From a virus: a stretch of 64,000 bases of DNA. The stretch's first letter is position 1. Every line of letters begins with the position of its first letter. The position numbers and the translations under genes were made by a program. The DNA lies in IMG/VR virus record IMGVR_UViG_3300042562_002450, positions 32,001 through 96,000 of that record. One strand, 5' to 3'. Under the pieces are notes generated by a model, which saw only the letters and a list, made by a program, of their open reading frames with translations, had not been told where the DNA came from and ran no database searches. Shown piece by piece: positions 7,284 through 16,377 of this stretch.

Positions 7284-9980
7284 ATGGATTTCGTTCATCT
7301 TCACTTGCACACAGATTACTCAATGATGGATGGTTGTCAAAAGCCTGACATGGTTTTTGAGCGTCTTAAAGAGTTAGGAATGAATAAGGTTGCTATTACT
7401 AATCATGGTAATGTAATCAACATGCCTTACATAATTGAGAAAGGCGCAAAAGCCGGAATACAAGTTATTCCTGGATGTGAGTTTTATATCTGCTGGGATC
7501 ACTCAGCATTAATAAAAGATACAGACCATAAAAAGGTATATCACATGGTTGTTCTTGCAATGAACAATGTGGGGTATAAAAATTTACTAAAGTTATCTTC
7601 TTTAGGATATTTAGTAGGCAAGTATCATAAGCCAAGAATAGATAGAGAGATGCTTGAGAAGCACTCAGAAGGTCTTATTATTCTTACAGCATGTCTTAAT
7701 GGTACATTGGCTAATCAGATAGGCAAGCAAGGTAAGTGCCCTACAGATCTAAATGCTGATGTTGAATGGTTGAAGGAAGTATTTGGAGATAGGGCATATC
7801 TTGAAATCCAAAGACATCCAGAATTACCTGAAAATGACGTTGCATGTAATGGGATAATTGAACTAAGTAGAATTCATAATGTACCGTTAGTGGTAACCTG
7901 TGATGCTCATTATAGTAGAAAAGAACATTTTAATGCATGGCAATCAATGATGCTGCTCCAGACAAACTTTCGGTTTGGTCATGATCTTCAGAATGATTAC
8001 TATATTAAAAGTGCCGATCAGATGTATGCGCTTTTTCCTGATTATCCAGAAGCTGTTGAAGAAACAGTTAGAATTGGAAATCGTTGTGAGCCTATCACAT
8101 TTGATAAAAGCATTAAGTATCCTGCTTTTAATACAGGAGGCATGAGTCCTCATGAGTATCTAAAAAATCTTTCATATTCTGGATTGGAATCTAGAATAGC
8201 AAAAGGTCAAATTAAAGAAAAAAGAATAAATGAATACAAAGAGAGATTAGAATATGAATGTAATATTTTGGCTGAAAAGAATTTTAGTACATACATGCTC
8301 ATTGTTGCCGATTTCATTACCTGGGCGAAAGATCAAGGAATACGTGTTGGCCCCGGTCGTGGTTCGGGCGCAGGTAGCTTAGTTGCATATCTCACAAGAA
8401 TCACAGAGGTAGACCCACTTAAAGAAAAGTATGATCTAATCTTTGAGCGTTTTATTAATCCTGAAAGAGATAGCTTTCCAGATATTGATACAGATTTTGA
8501 TGATTTACTTCGTACGAAGGTCATTGATTATATGTATGAAAAATATGGAGCAGAGTATGTTTGCAGAATTTTAACTATTGTTGGTATTGCAGCTAAGGGA
8601 GCAATTCGTGAAATTGCTCGTAGATATGAAGTATCACCTGTTGAAGTTAATGCATTATCGAAAATGATACCAGGTCCAATCAGAGGACGGCCCACCGCGT
8701 TAAAAGATGCTGCGGCTTTAAGTGATGATTTTCGAAAAAAAATAGAGAGCGATTCTAAGTATAAGCTAATTTATGATACAGCTCTGGTAATTGAAAACAT
8801 GGCAAAGAGTACAGGTACTCATGCTGCTGGTGTTATCTTGTCTGATGACAAGCCTTTAACAGAACATGTCGGACAGATGATAGATAAAAATGGCAACAGA
8901 ACTTCTTCTGATGACATGAAAGTTCTTGAAAATCTTGGTTTTATTAAGTTTGATTTCTTAGGATTGAAAACTCTTTCTATTATATCAAATACAATTAAGC
9001 GTATAAAAGAAAATCACAAGATAGATATCGATCTAGACATGATTGACTTAGATGACAAAGCTGTTTATAAAGAAATCTTTTCTGTTGGTAAGCTTGCTGG
9101 TGTTTTTCAATTATCTGGGTCAAGTGGATTTAAGAATGTAACTATTCTTTTTAATCCTCGTGATGTTGCAGAAATTTCTGATATCAATGCTGTTTATCGT
9201 CCAGGTCCATTAGATAATGGTTTTGTTGAAAAGTATGCAGAAAATAAACAGAGACTACTGCGCGGGTCGCCACTTGATTATATGATGAAAGTTGATAATC
9301 CGATTAAACAAAAAGAAATTGAGATAATACTCAAACCAACTTATGGTGTTTGTTTATATCAAGAGCAAATTCAATTTATTGCTCAGCGTGTTGCTGGTTA
9401 TACTTTGGGCGGGGCAGACTTGCTTCGTCGAGCTATTGGTAAAAAAAAACCAGAAGAGATGGAAATTCAAAAGAAAGTTTTTGTTAATGGTTGCTTAGCT
9501 AATGGTATCAGTGAAAAATCAGCAGTAGATTTATTTACACAAATTGAAAAATTTGCTGATTACTGTTTTAACAAGTCTCACTCAATTGCATATAGTATAA
9601 TTACTTATCAAACTGCTTGGTTAAAATACTACTATCCTGCTGAGTTTTATGCTGCAAATCTTACATCTGTATCAAATGAAAGAGATAAAACAATTCAATT
9701 TCTCTCTTCATGTAAAGAAGAAGGCATTGTAATTCTTCCTCCTTCAATACAGAGCTCTGCACTGGATTACACTACAACACCAGAAGGTATTCGTTTTGGT
9801 CTTAATGCTATTAAAGGTATTGGATCTTCAGTTATTAACCCTATCGTTAAAGAAAGAACAGAAAATGGTAAGTTTACAAGTTTCTATAATTTCATGCATA
9901 GGGTTCAAGGCAAAGGCGTAGATAAAGCAAGTATAACCGCATTAATTGAGTCAGGTGCATTTTCTGAGCTTGTAGCATGA
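7284..9980 (+). CDS. dnaE: DNA polymerase III alpha subunit, N-terminal part (PHP, polymerase, HhH)
   Basis: FVHLHLHTDYS, GPGRGSGAGSLVAY, FPDIDTDF, KFDFLGLKTL, FNKSHS; stops after ALIESGAFS. Confidence 0.95.
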   Translation: MDFVHLHLHTDYSMMDGCQKPDMVFERLKELGMNKVAITNHGNVINMPYIIEKGAKAGIQVIPGCEFYICWDHSALIKDTDHKKVYHMVVLAMNNVGYKNLLKLSSLGYLVGKYHKPRIDREMLEKHSEGLIILTACLNGTLANQIGKQGKCPTDLNADVEWLKEVFGDRAYLEIQRHPELPENDVACNGIIELSRIHNVPLVVTCDAHYSRKEHFNAWQSMMLLQTNFRFGHDLQNDYYIKSADQMYALFPDYPEAVEETVRIGNRCEPITFDKSIKYPAFNTGGMSPHEYLKNLSYSGLESRIAKGQIKEKRINEYKERLEYECNILAEKNFSTYMLIVADFITWAKDQGIRVGPGRGSGAGSLVAYLTRITEVDPLKEKYDLIFERFINPERDSFPDIDTDFDDLLRTKVIDYMYEKYGAEYVCRILTIVGIAAKGAIREIARRYEVSPVEVNALSKMIPGPIRGRPTALKDAAALSDDFRKKIESDSKYKLIYDTALVIENMAKSTGTHAAGVILSDDKPLTEHVGQMIDKNGNRTSSDDMKVLENLGFIKFDFLGLKTLSIISNTIKRIKENHKIDIDLDMIDLDDKAVYKEIFSVGKLAGVFQLSGSSGFKNVTILFNPRDVAEISDINAVYRPGPLDNGFVEKYAENKQRLLRGSPLDYMMKVDNPIKQKEIEIILKPTYGVCLYQEQIQFIAQRVAGYTLGGADLLRRAIGKKKPEEMEIQKKVFVNGCLANGISEKSAVDLFTQIEKFADYCFNKSHSIAYSIITYQTAWLKYYYPAEFYAANLTSVSNERDKTIQFLSSCKEEGIVILPPSIQSSALDYTTTPEGIRFGLNAIKGIGSSVINPIVKERTENGKFTSFYNFMHRVQGKGVDKASITALIESGAFSELVA

Positions 9981-10153
9981 AAGATGACTTAGATACAAAA
10001 AAAATATTACAAATAATGGGCATCGTAACTGGTGCCTTTGTAATCATAAAAGGAATTATTGATGGCGAATATCCAATCAAAGAAGTTTCCAGTTTTATAC
10101 AAGAAGACTTCGACTGGCAAAATCCAGACATGGGAGATATGGGTTACAGATAA
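9977..10153 (+). CDS. Possible 58 aa small membrane peptide
   Basis: ATGA-coupled to dnaE-N stop; MKDDLDTKKILQIMGIVTGAFVIIKGII...; overlaps ligase 5' end; below track cut-off. Confidence 0.3.
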   Translation: MKDDLDTKKILQIMGIVTGAFVIIKGIIDGEYPIKEVSSFIQEDFDWQNPDMGDMGYR

Positions 10154-11183
10154 CGTAATGCATTCTGAGTCTGGACAACTAGATGGTAAGAAGATCAAAT
10201 CTGAAGATACAATTAAAGAAGGAAAGAATATTGGCAGAGCCAATCAAACAACTCCCGAAGAACAAGCCATACTAGAAGCAGAAGCTCGTTGGACTGCTAA
10301 GACAAAGAAAGGATATACAATCACTCAAATAGGTGCTGCAGCTGGAAAAGTTGAAGACGTTATTGAGGGTGGGATTAATCCTATGCTTGCTAAGTCTTAT
10401 TCAGATCAAGGAGAAAAGATTCTATTCCCTTGTGCAGTACAGCCTAAGCTAGATGGCATTCGATGTGTTGCTATGGGTTCGAGTCTTTGGACAAGAACTC
10501 GTAAATCGATTAGAAGTGTTCCACACATTGCAAACGCTTTAGATGCACTTGATCTTGGTAAATTAGTTTTAGATGGTGAACTATATAATCATGATTTCAG
10601 AAATGACTTCGAAAAGATAACCACAATTGTTGGTCAAAAAAAAGATGTCGATCCTAATCATAAATTATGCCAGTATCATATCTACGACATGCCGTGTGAT
10701 GGCAACTTTAATCATAGACGTTTTCAGCTTCACAAACTATTCAGTAAGCTTCCAAAGAACTCTCCATTAAAATTGGTAGAGACTATTGAGGTAGCAGATG
10801 AAGTTGAACTAGATGCGGCTTTTGAAAAATTTAAAGCTGAAGGATACGAAGGTGCAATGGTTCGTAACTTAGACTCACCATATGAATATAAGCGATCTAA
10901 TCATCTTCAAAAGATGAAAGAATTTGAAGATGCTGAATTCAAGATCATTGGCGTAGAAGAAGGTCGCGGTAAACTTCAAGGGCACGCTGGTGCTTTTGTC
11001 TGTGTAACAGATAATGGTAATGAATTTAAAGCTAAGATGGCTGGAGAAATCAAACACCTTAAGGATTACTGGACTAATAAACATCAATACATTGGTCAAA
11101 TCCTTACAGTTAAATTTCAAGGCCTTACAAGTGGTAAGGTCCCAAGATTTCCAGTAGGTAAGGCTATAAGAGATTACGAATAG
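10059..11183 (+). CDS. lig: ATP-dependent DNA ligase with N-terminal WGR-like domain
   Basis: QPKLDGIRC (KxDG), LDGELY, EGAMVR, LQKMK, PRFPV motifs. Confidence 0.93.
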   Translation: MMANIQSKKFPVLYKKTSTGKIQTWEIWVTDNVMHSESGQLDGKKIKSEDTIKEGKNIGRANQTTPEEQAILEAEARWTAKTKKGYTITQIGAAAGKVEDVIEGGINPMLAKSYSDQGEKILFPCAVQPKLDGIRCVAMGSSLWTRTRKSIRSVPHIANALDALDLGKLVLDGELYNHDFRNDFEKITTIVGQKKDVDPNHKLCQYHIYDMPCDGNFNHRRFQLHKLFSKLPKNSPLKLVETIEVADEVELDAAFEKFKAEGYEGAMVRNLDSPYEYKRSNHLQKMKEFEDAEFKIIGVEEGRGKLQGHAGAFVCVTDNGNEFKAKMAGEIKHLKDYWTNKHQYIGQILTVKFQGLTSGKVPRFPVGKAIRDYE

Positions 11184-11190
11184 GATTAAT

Positions 11191-11919
11191 ATGTCAAAGA
11201 TAAACAAGAGTGAAGCAATACATGCTCTTAGCAGTATTGTGGAATTGCAAAAGAAGAAAGATGACTTTATTATCTTCATACCTTCTAAAGAAAACCTCTC
11301 CGAAGATGAAATGATGATAAAAGAATTTGAACTTCTAGGTTATTATTTGACTAAGCATCCATTAGATAATTATAAATCCAAACTTGCATCTGTTACCAAG
11401 ATTGGAGATTTGGCAGAATATCCAAGTAGTAAAAGTGTTGTGGTGTGCGGCATTATAGTGGAAAGTAAAGTTATTCAAACAAAAGCAGGAAAGACAATGG
11501 CTTTTTTGCAGCTTGAAGATCTGACAGGCAGAACGGAAATCGTTATCTTTCCATCTACTTATGAAAAGTATAAAACTTACATTTCAAACAATGGGCTGAT
11601 AGAACTAGTAGGCAAAGTTGAAGTTGAGGAGTCCGAATCTGAAAATGAGGATGAGCTACCAGTTAAGACTGCAAAGATACTAGCATCAGGCATTCGACCA
11701 CTGGAAGAAATGTGTAAGATAAGAGAACTTAGATTAAAGTTAAATTGCAAAGAGAATCTAGAACAAATAGCAAGTATTCTTAAATATGAAAGTGGTAATA
11801 TTCCAATTCTTATTGAGTATAGTGATTTTTTACTAGAAACTTCGTTTAGAATATCGCAAAATATAGATATTCTAAATCAATTAAGAGAACTTTGTCTTAT
11901 AAAGGAAATAAAAGAATGA
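11191..11919 (+). CDS. dnaE: DNA polymerase III alpha subunit, C-terminal part (OB fold and tail)
   Basis: EFELLGYYLTKHPL, TKAGKTMAFLQLEDLTGRTEIVIFP motifs of the DnaE C-terminus. Confidence 0.9.
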   Translation: MSKINKSEAIHALSSIVELQKKKDDFIIFIPSKENLSEDEMMIKEFELLGYYLTKHPLDNYKSKLASVTKIGDLAEYPSSKSVVVCGIIVESKVIQTKAGKTMAFLQLEDLTGRTEIVIFPSTYEKYKTYISNNGLIELVGKVEVEESESENEDELPVKTAKILASGIRPLEEMCKIRELRLKLNCKENLEQIASILKYESGNIPILIEYSDFLLETSFRISQNIDILNQLRELCLIKEIKE

Positions 11920-13055
11920 AAATTACTAGTACAACGATTACTGGACGAAAGAACATTAAACGTGAGCAACCGTATCGAGCTGACAAAAAAGCAAAGAAAG
12001 TAGCACACGTAGTAAAAAAAGTTCGACCAAACAATGTTGAAGACACAGACCTTATCGACCTGACAAATGAAGTTGATCTAGTTGCACTTAGTTTTGAGGG
12101 AAAAGTAAAACATTCCCCTAAAGATAAAGAAGCTAGAAGAGATGTAGTAAGGATGATGCTTACTGAAATCCAAGAAGCAGCTAAGAAGTATAAGCCTCTT
12201 AGTCTTGGTAAGAAAGCTCCACAAAAGAAAAATGGTGAAAGCCTATGTATGCTTTTTTCAGATTGGCATGTTGGGAAAGTAATCAAAACAAGAAGTGGCA
12301 AACATATCTTTGATAGCGAAATTGCTATTAATCGAATTATGAATGAGATTCCACAACAGTTTGAAGATTATATTTCAAATAGAGTCAGTTCTAAAAACAT
12401 TGAAGAAATTGTAATCTTCTTTGCTGGAGATGTTGTAGACAATGACATTATCTATCCTGGTCAAAGACTTCATGTAGATAATGGTGTTGCTGTTCAATTC
12501 AGAGATGCTATTAATGCAATTCATACAATGATTAGAAAATTCAGAGTAGCTGCAGACAAGCATATTGGAAAAAATATTCCGATTCGTGTTGAATGCATTA
12601 CTGGTAATCATGGTCGTGCTGGTAAAGATTCTGAGACTCCAATTTGTTCATGGGATACTGCGGCTTATGCTGCCTTAGACTTAACAATGAGAGCTTCAGG
12701 AGTTAAAGATATTGAAATTGGTTATTCACTTGAAGATCAAAGAGTAACAAACGTAAGAGGACTAAGAGCTCTTATGATTCATCATCTTCCACCAACTACA
12801 GAAGGCCCATCAGCTAAGAAAACATTCGGTGGTCTCTATGAGATTTTCGATTATGATTTTTGTGTTTACGGTGACTTGCACCATTGGGGTGTTGGTTGCT
12901 GGCAAGGTAAGCCATGTATGATGAATGGATCATTATGTGGTTATGACGATTATGCAATTTCATTAGCACTAAGAGATGACTGGTCACAATTAATGTGGAT
13001 CGTTAAAGACAACGAACCAGTAGAAGAACTAACCCGTTTTAAAAGGATCACATAA
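11892..13055 (+). CDS. Calcineurin-like metallophosphoesterase
   Basis: SDWHVG, GDVVD, GNHGR, GDLHH motifs; likely start 11916. Confidence 0.85.
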   Translation: MSYKGNKRMKITSTTITGRKNIKREQPYRADKKAKKVAHVVKKVRPNNVEDTDLIDLTNEVDLVALSFEGKVKHSPKDKEARRDVVRMMLTEIQEAAKKYKPLSLGKKAPQKKNGESLCMLFSDWHVGKVIKTRSGKHIFDSEIAINRIMNEIPQQFEDYISNRVSSKNIEEIVIFFAGDVVDNDIIYPGQRLHVDNGVAVQFRDAINAIHTMIRKFRVAADKHIGKNIPIRVECITGNHGRAGKDSETPICSWDTAAYAALDLTMRASGVKDIEIGYSLEDQRVTNVRGLRALMIHHLPPTTEGPSAKKTFGGLYEIFDYDFCVYGDLHHWGVGCWQGKPCMMNGSLCGYDDYAISLALRDDWSQLMWIVKDNEPVEELTRFKRIT

Positions 13056-13241
13056 GTGATAACAATTTATAATACGAAAGTATTAAATGCAAATGATGTA
13101 AGAGAAGACTCAACTGTCATTCATGGACAAGTCTACTCATTACTTTGTAAAGATACTGCTGGAAATGAATTTGAAGTAGAGACAAACAAAGATACCTTTG
13201 TTCAAGTCTCTAATTTCTTATATAAAATTAAAGAAGTCTAA
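13056..13241 (+). CDS. Hypothetical protein
   Basis: 61 aa ORF abutting upstream stop. Confidence 0.55.
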   Translation: MITIYNTKVLNANDVREDSTVIHGQVYSLLCKDTAGNEFEVETNKDTFVQVSNFLYKIKEV

Positions 13242-13659
13242 AGGAGAAATCATGACTACACCAGAAAGCCCATTAGAAAAAAAAGAATCTAGTGATGAGC
13301 GACCACTAACTGCAGATGAACGCATTAGTCGTCTAGAGATTGCTTTAGAGAATGCATATAATGTATTAGCTAGAGAAAATCATCGAATTCAAATGAAAGT
13401 TGAAGAAGACAATGGGATACTGCAAGGTGATCTCACTCGAACTTTAACTCTAATGAATATGAGTACACTTCAAAATATTGTTTCAATAAGAGTACTAGCA
13501 CAAGAACTTGTAGCTAAAGGATTATTGGATCAAAAAGATATTGAAGCAAAAGTTGCAGCTGAACTAAACACAGCTGTTGAAGCACAACAAAAAGTTATGC
13601 AAGAAGCTAGAGATGCTGCTCAGAAAGCTGCGACTGAGCCAACTGCTGTAGCTCAATAA
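13198..13659 (+). CDS. Coiled-coil hypothetical protein (likely start ATG 13252)
   Basis: AAGGAG RBS before MTTPES. Confidence 0.7.
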   Translation: MFKSLISYIKLKKSKGEIMTTPESPLEKKESSDERPLTADERISRLEIALENAYNVLARENHRIQMKVEEDNGILQGDLTRTLTLMNMSTLQNIVSIRVLAQELVAKGLLDQKDIEAKVAAELNTAVEAQQKVMQEARDAAQKAATEPTAVAQ

Positions 13660-14210
13660 TATGATGCTTGGGATATATCAACTGGAAGTAATTCTAGTTG
13701 GTATATCTCTTTTAATTTCTTTATTAAATAATTATATCTCAATCCATATTTTGCTTTTAAATCTTCAAAATCATAACCATAATAAAAATAATCCCTAGCA
13801 AAGCTAATAGAGGCGGGAGTTAATTTGGATTTCAACTCATAGCCATAGATGTATTCTGGAGACACATTAGTCTCAAGATAATTAACATCATCATCAATAT
13901 AGACATGTAGACTTAAGCTAGTGACTAGTTTGAACAGACTGTCTTCATAACTTTTTTTTGATTTATCTTTATTTAATAAATGATTTATTTTAAAATATTG
14001 ATACAAGTCATCATCATGAAAGTAACTTCTAACTTGAAGTAGTTTCACTGCAACCTTTCCATACATCATATTCCAATGACTGGAATATCTAAAAATAAAA
14101 TTAGAACTAAATATTAGATCTAAAAAGTCTTTATCTTTTGCTTTCTCAAATAGATCAGAGTAATGAACAACTGACTGATTAAGTCTTTTTTTCTTTTTCT
14201 TCATAACCAT
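13653..14210 (-). CDS. Hypothetical protein with sigma-70 region 4-like C-terminal HTH
   Basis: LTPASISFARDYFYYGYDFEDLKAKYG resembles LT..E......F..G....EIA...G. Confidence 0.4.
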   Translation of the reverse strand: MVMKKKKKRLNQSVVHYSDLFEKAKDKDFLDLIFSSNFIFRYSSHWNMMYGKVAVKLLQVRSYFHDDDLYQYFKINHLLNKDKSKKSYEDSLFKLVTSLSLHVYIDDDVNYLETNVSPEYIYGYELKSKLTPASISFARDYFYYGYDFEDLKAKYGLRYNYLIKKLKEIYQLELLPVDISQASYY

Positions 14211-14634
14211 AAATTTCTATAAGAATTTTGGGTTCATTCTTTACGTAGTGTTTAAAGCGATGATCTTCAATTATTTGAGAATCATCTTTATATATGATGC
14301 CATTAAAAGCATCGAATTCAAGTTTCCCACAGTTCTGAACATCTTTCTTACGAAGAGTTCCGAAAGTCCAATGACTAACAATTTTAACTGGCCCAGTATA
14401 TGGCTCAGAATCTCCCCCCACAGCTTTGATTGCAAGGTCTATGAGCTTTTGCTTATAGGCTTTGTAGTCGGCTTTCATAAACATACCTTTAAATCCTTTG
14501 CCTGTATTGGCTGATCTAAAGTATGCATTGTTTGGATTCTTAGCTTCTTCATTGTGCTCAATTCGAGCCAATAAGACTTCAGCATATTCAAGTCCATCAT
14601 CGGCAGTAATTACTTTTTCTTTTGCTTTAGCCAT
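14179..14634 (-). CDS. rusA: RusA-family Holliday junction resolvase
   Basis: KKDVQNCGK..FDAFNGIIYKDDSQI motif. Confidence 0.8.
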   Translation of the reverse strand: MAKAKEKVITADDGLEYAEVLLARIEHNEEAKNPNNAYFRSANTGKGFKGMFMKADYKAYKQKLIDLAIKAVGGDSEPYTGPVKIVSHWTFGTLRKKDVQNCGKLEFDAFNGIIYKDDSQIIEDHRFKHYVKNEPKILIEIYGYEEKEKKT

Positions 14635-15383
14635 TGTTTCTGCTTTTCGTATTGTTCTTTACGATATATCTTTTGTTTTTCTTTTAAGGAGTTCTTAAAT
14701 GCTTTGCTACTATCTGATTCTAATTTTATTGTTTTTGGCTTATATAGTACCGTCGATTGCCGTTCCCTGTGTTGCTTTTGCTTCAGCTTATTCTTTGCTT
14801 CTTTTTTTTCCTGAAAAGTTAAAAGCGATTCATCTGCAACTAAGCCACTACCGTAACCAATTGAAGAAATTATTTCGTTCAAAGAAAAAACAGAAATGTT
14901 CAAATTGTCAATGCGGATAAGGTTTATTCCTCTATTTGCTAAAAGGATATCTTTTCTTGAATCTCTATTTTTAGATTCATTAAATCCTCCTTTGCTTCCA
15001 TGGAAGAAAGAAGAATAATTGTTGTGTTGAGAGCCATCATATTCAAATGCTAAATTGAATGGAGAACTAATAACAAAATCAACTCTAAGCTTTTCACCCA
15101 ATGGGAATTCTTTATGAATCTTATCATAAGGAAAGATTTCTTTTAATAAATACTCTAACTTAGTTCCGCCTTTAGAATACTCTTTAACTATATTCTGTTT
15201 GGAATTAGAATAAAATTTATTTATATGGTATCTAATTTGGTTATCAGTATAAATATTATCTAGTAGACTGACAATATCTTGTAAGGTAAAAGTCTTCTTA
15301 GATATTAATGATTCAATTTTTTTTGAATGCTCATCTGTTATTTTCATTACAGTTATAATATAAAATAAAAACAATAAACACAA
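14610..15383 (-). CDS. PD-(D/E)xK endonuclease (DUF559/Vsr-like); likely start 15347
   Basis: RVDF...AFEYDGSQH...D..K...L...GI.L.RI pattern. Confidence 0.7.
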   Translation of the reverse strand: MCLLFLFYIITVMKITDEHSKKIESLISKKTFTLQDIVSLLDNIYTDNQIRYHINKFYSNSKQNIVKEYSKGGTKLEYLLKEIFPYDKIHKEFPLGEKLRVDFVISSPFNLAFEYDGSQHNNYSSFFHGSKGGFNESKNRDSRKDILLANRGINLIRIDNLNISVFSLNEIISSIGYGSGLVADESLLTFQEKKEAKNKLKQKQHRERQSTVLYKPKTIKLESDSSKAFKNSLKEKQKIYRKEQYEKQKQWLKQKKK

Positions 15384-15392
15384 GGAGCTTGT

Positions 15393-16370
15393 ATGACTTT
15401 TTCTTTATTAGCAAAAGTACAAGAAGAACTAAGAAGAAAGCGCACACGATCACTTGTGAGTAAGAATACACTCTGGCCATCGCAGGCTTCAGTCGTTGGA
15501 GTTAATGGAGACATTATAGGTAGATGCTTAAGGGCGTCATATTATACAAAGACGGGTGAATCTGAAACTAATCCAGTAAGTGATTCTGTAGTTGCGATGG
15601 GATACATGGGGACTAAGATTGAAGATGGTTTAATTGAACTACTTAAAAATCAAGGACTTTGGGAAGCTAATAATATCAAATGGCAAGCTTATGGTATTTC
15701 TGGTGAAGTTGATATTCTAATCAGAACACTAGACACTACCGTTAGTCCACCCCAAGAAAAGAAATATGTTGTTGAGTGTAAGTCTTGCTCTGGCTATTAT
15801 GTAAATAAAGAACTTTTTGGTTACGGTCAAGGTACTGGTGCTAATCGTGTTTACATTAAAGGTAAACCTAAAGATAAGCATTTACTGCAATCGGTTCTCT
15901 ATGCTCATGTAGCTAGAGAAACTGGATTTGAAGGAACTATTCTTTTTTATGTATCTCGCGACGAATCAAAAATGACTGAGTTTTTAGTTACAGTAAATGA
16001 TAATGGTGACATTTTCATTAATGGTGAGATCGAAACTCGCTTTAAAGTTCAAGATATATTATTACGTTATGAGGTATTGCAGTCTGCTATTGACGCAAAA
16101 GCACTGCCTGACAGAGACTACAAGCCATCGTATACAGATGCAGAAGTTGCTCATTTTTATGACACTAAGCTAATATCAAAAGCAGCTCATGATAATCACA
16201 ATAGTAGAAAAGCTTTGTATTGCGATACGGAATGTAATTATTGTGAATTTAAGTTACTATGTTTAGATCAAAAAGTTATTCCTCAGAATCAAACTGAGAA
16301 TCTTTTTAAGACTACAGAACTACCTTCGAACTCAGAAGTACCAGACTATATTGCCTTTGGAAGTTTTTAA
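15393..16370 (+). CDS. Cas4-like PD-(D/E)xK exonuclease with Fe-S cysteines
   Basis: N-terminal RCLR Cys, GEVD, VECKS, Q..LY, C-terminal CNYCEFKLLC. Confidence 0.75.
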   Translation: MTFSLLAKVQEELRRKRTRSLVSKNTLWPSQASVVGVNGDIIGRCLRASYYTKTGESETNPVSDSVVAMGYMGTKIEDGLIELLKNQGLWEANNIKWQAYGISGEVDILIRTLDTTVSPPQEKKYVVECKSCSGYYVNKELFGYGQGTGANRVYIKGKPKDKHLLQSVLYAHVARETGFEGTILFYVSRDESKMTEFLVTVNDNGDIFINGEIETRFKVQDILLRYEVLQSAIDAKALPDRDYKPSYTDAEVAHFYDTKLISKAAHDNHNSRKALYCDTECNYCEFKLLCLDQKVIPQNQTENLFKTTELPSNSEVPDYIAFGSF

Positions 16371-16377
16371 TATTTAA

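Noticed and set aside
9978-11190. Intein, intron or stop-codon recoding explaining the dnaE split
   Set aside because: No intein terminal residues or intron core seen; the gap is filled by a full ligase ORF; reading through TGA meets TAG three codons later; TAA, TAG and TGA all end genes normally.
15393-16370. CRISPR-Cas system suggested by the Cas4-like gene
   Set aside because: No repeat-spacer array or other cas genes found; standalone Cas4-like nucleases are common in phages.
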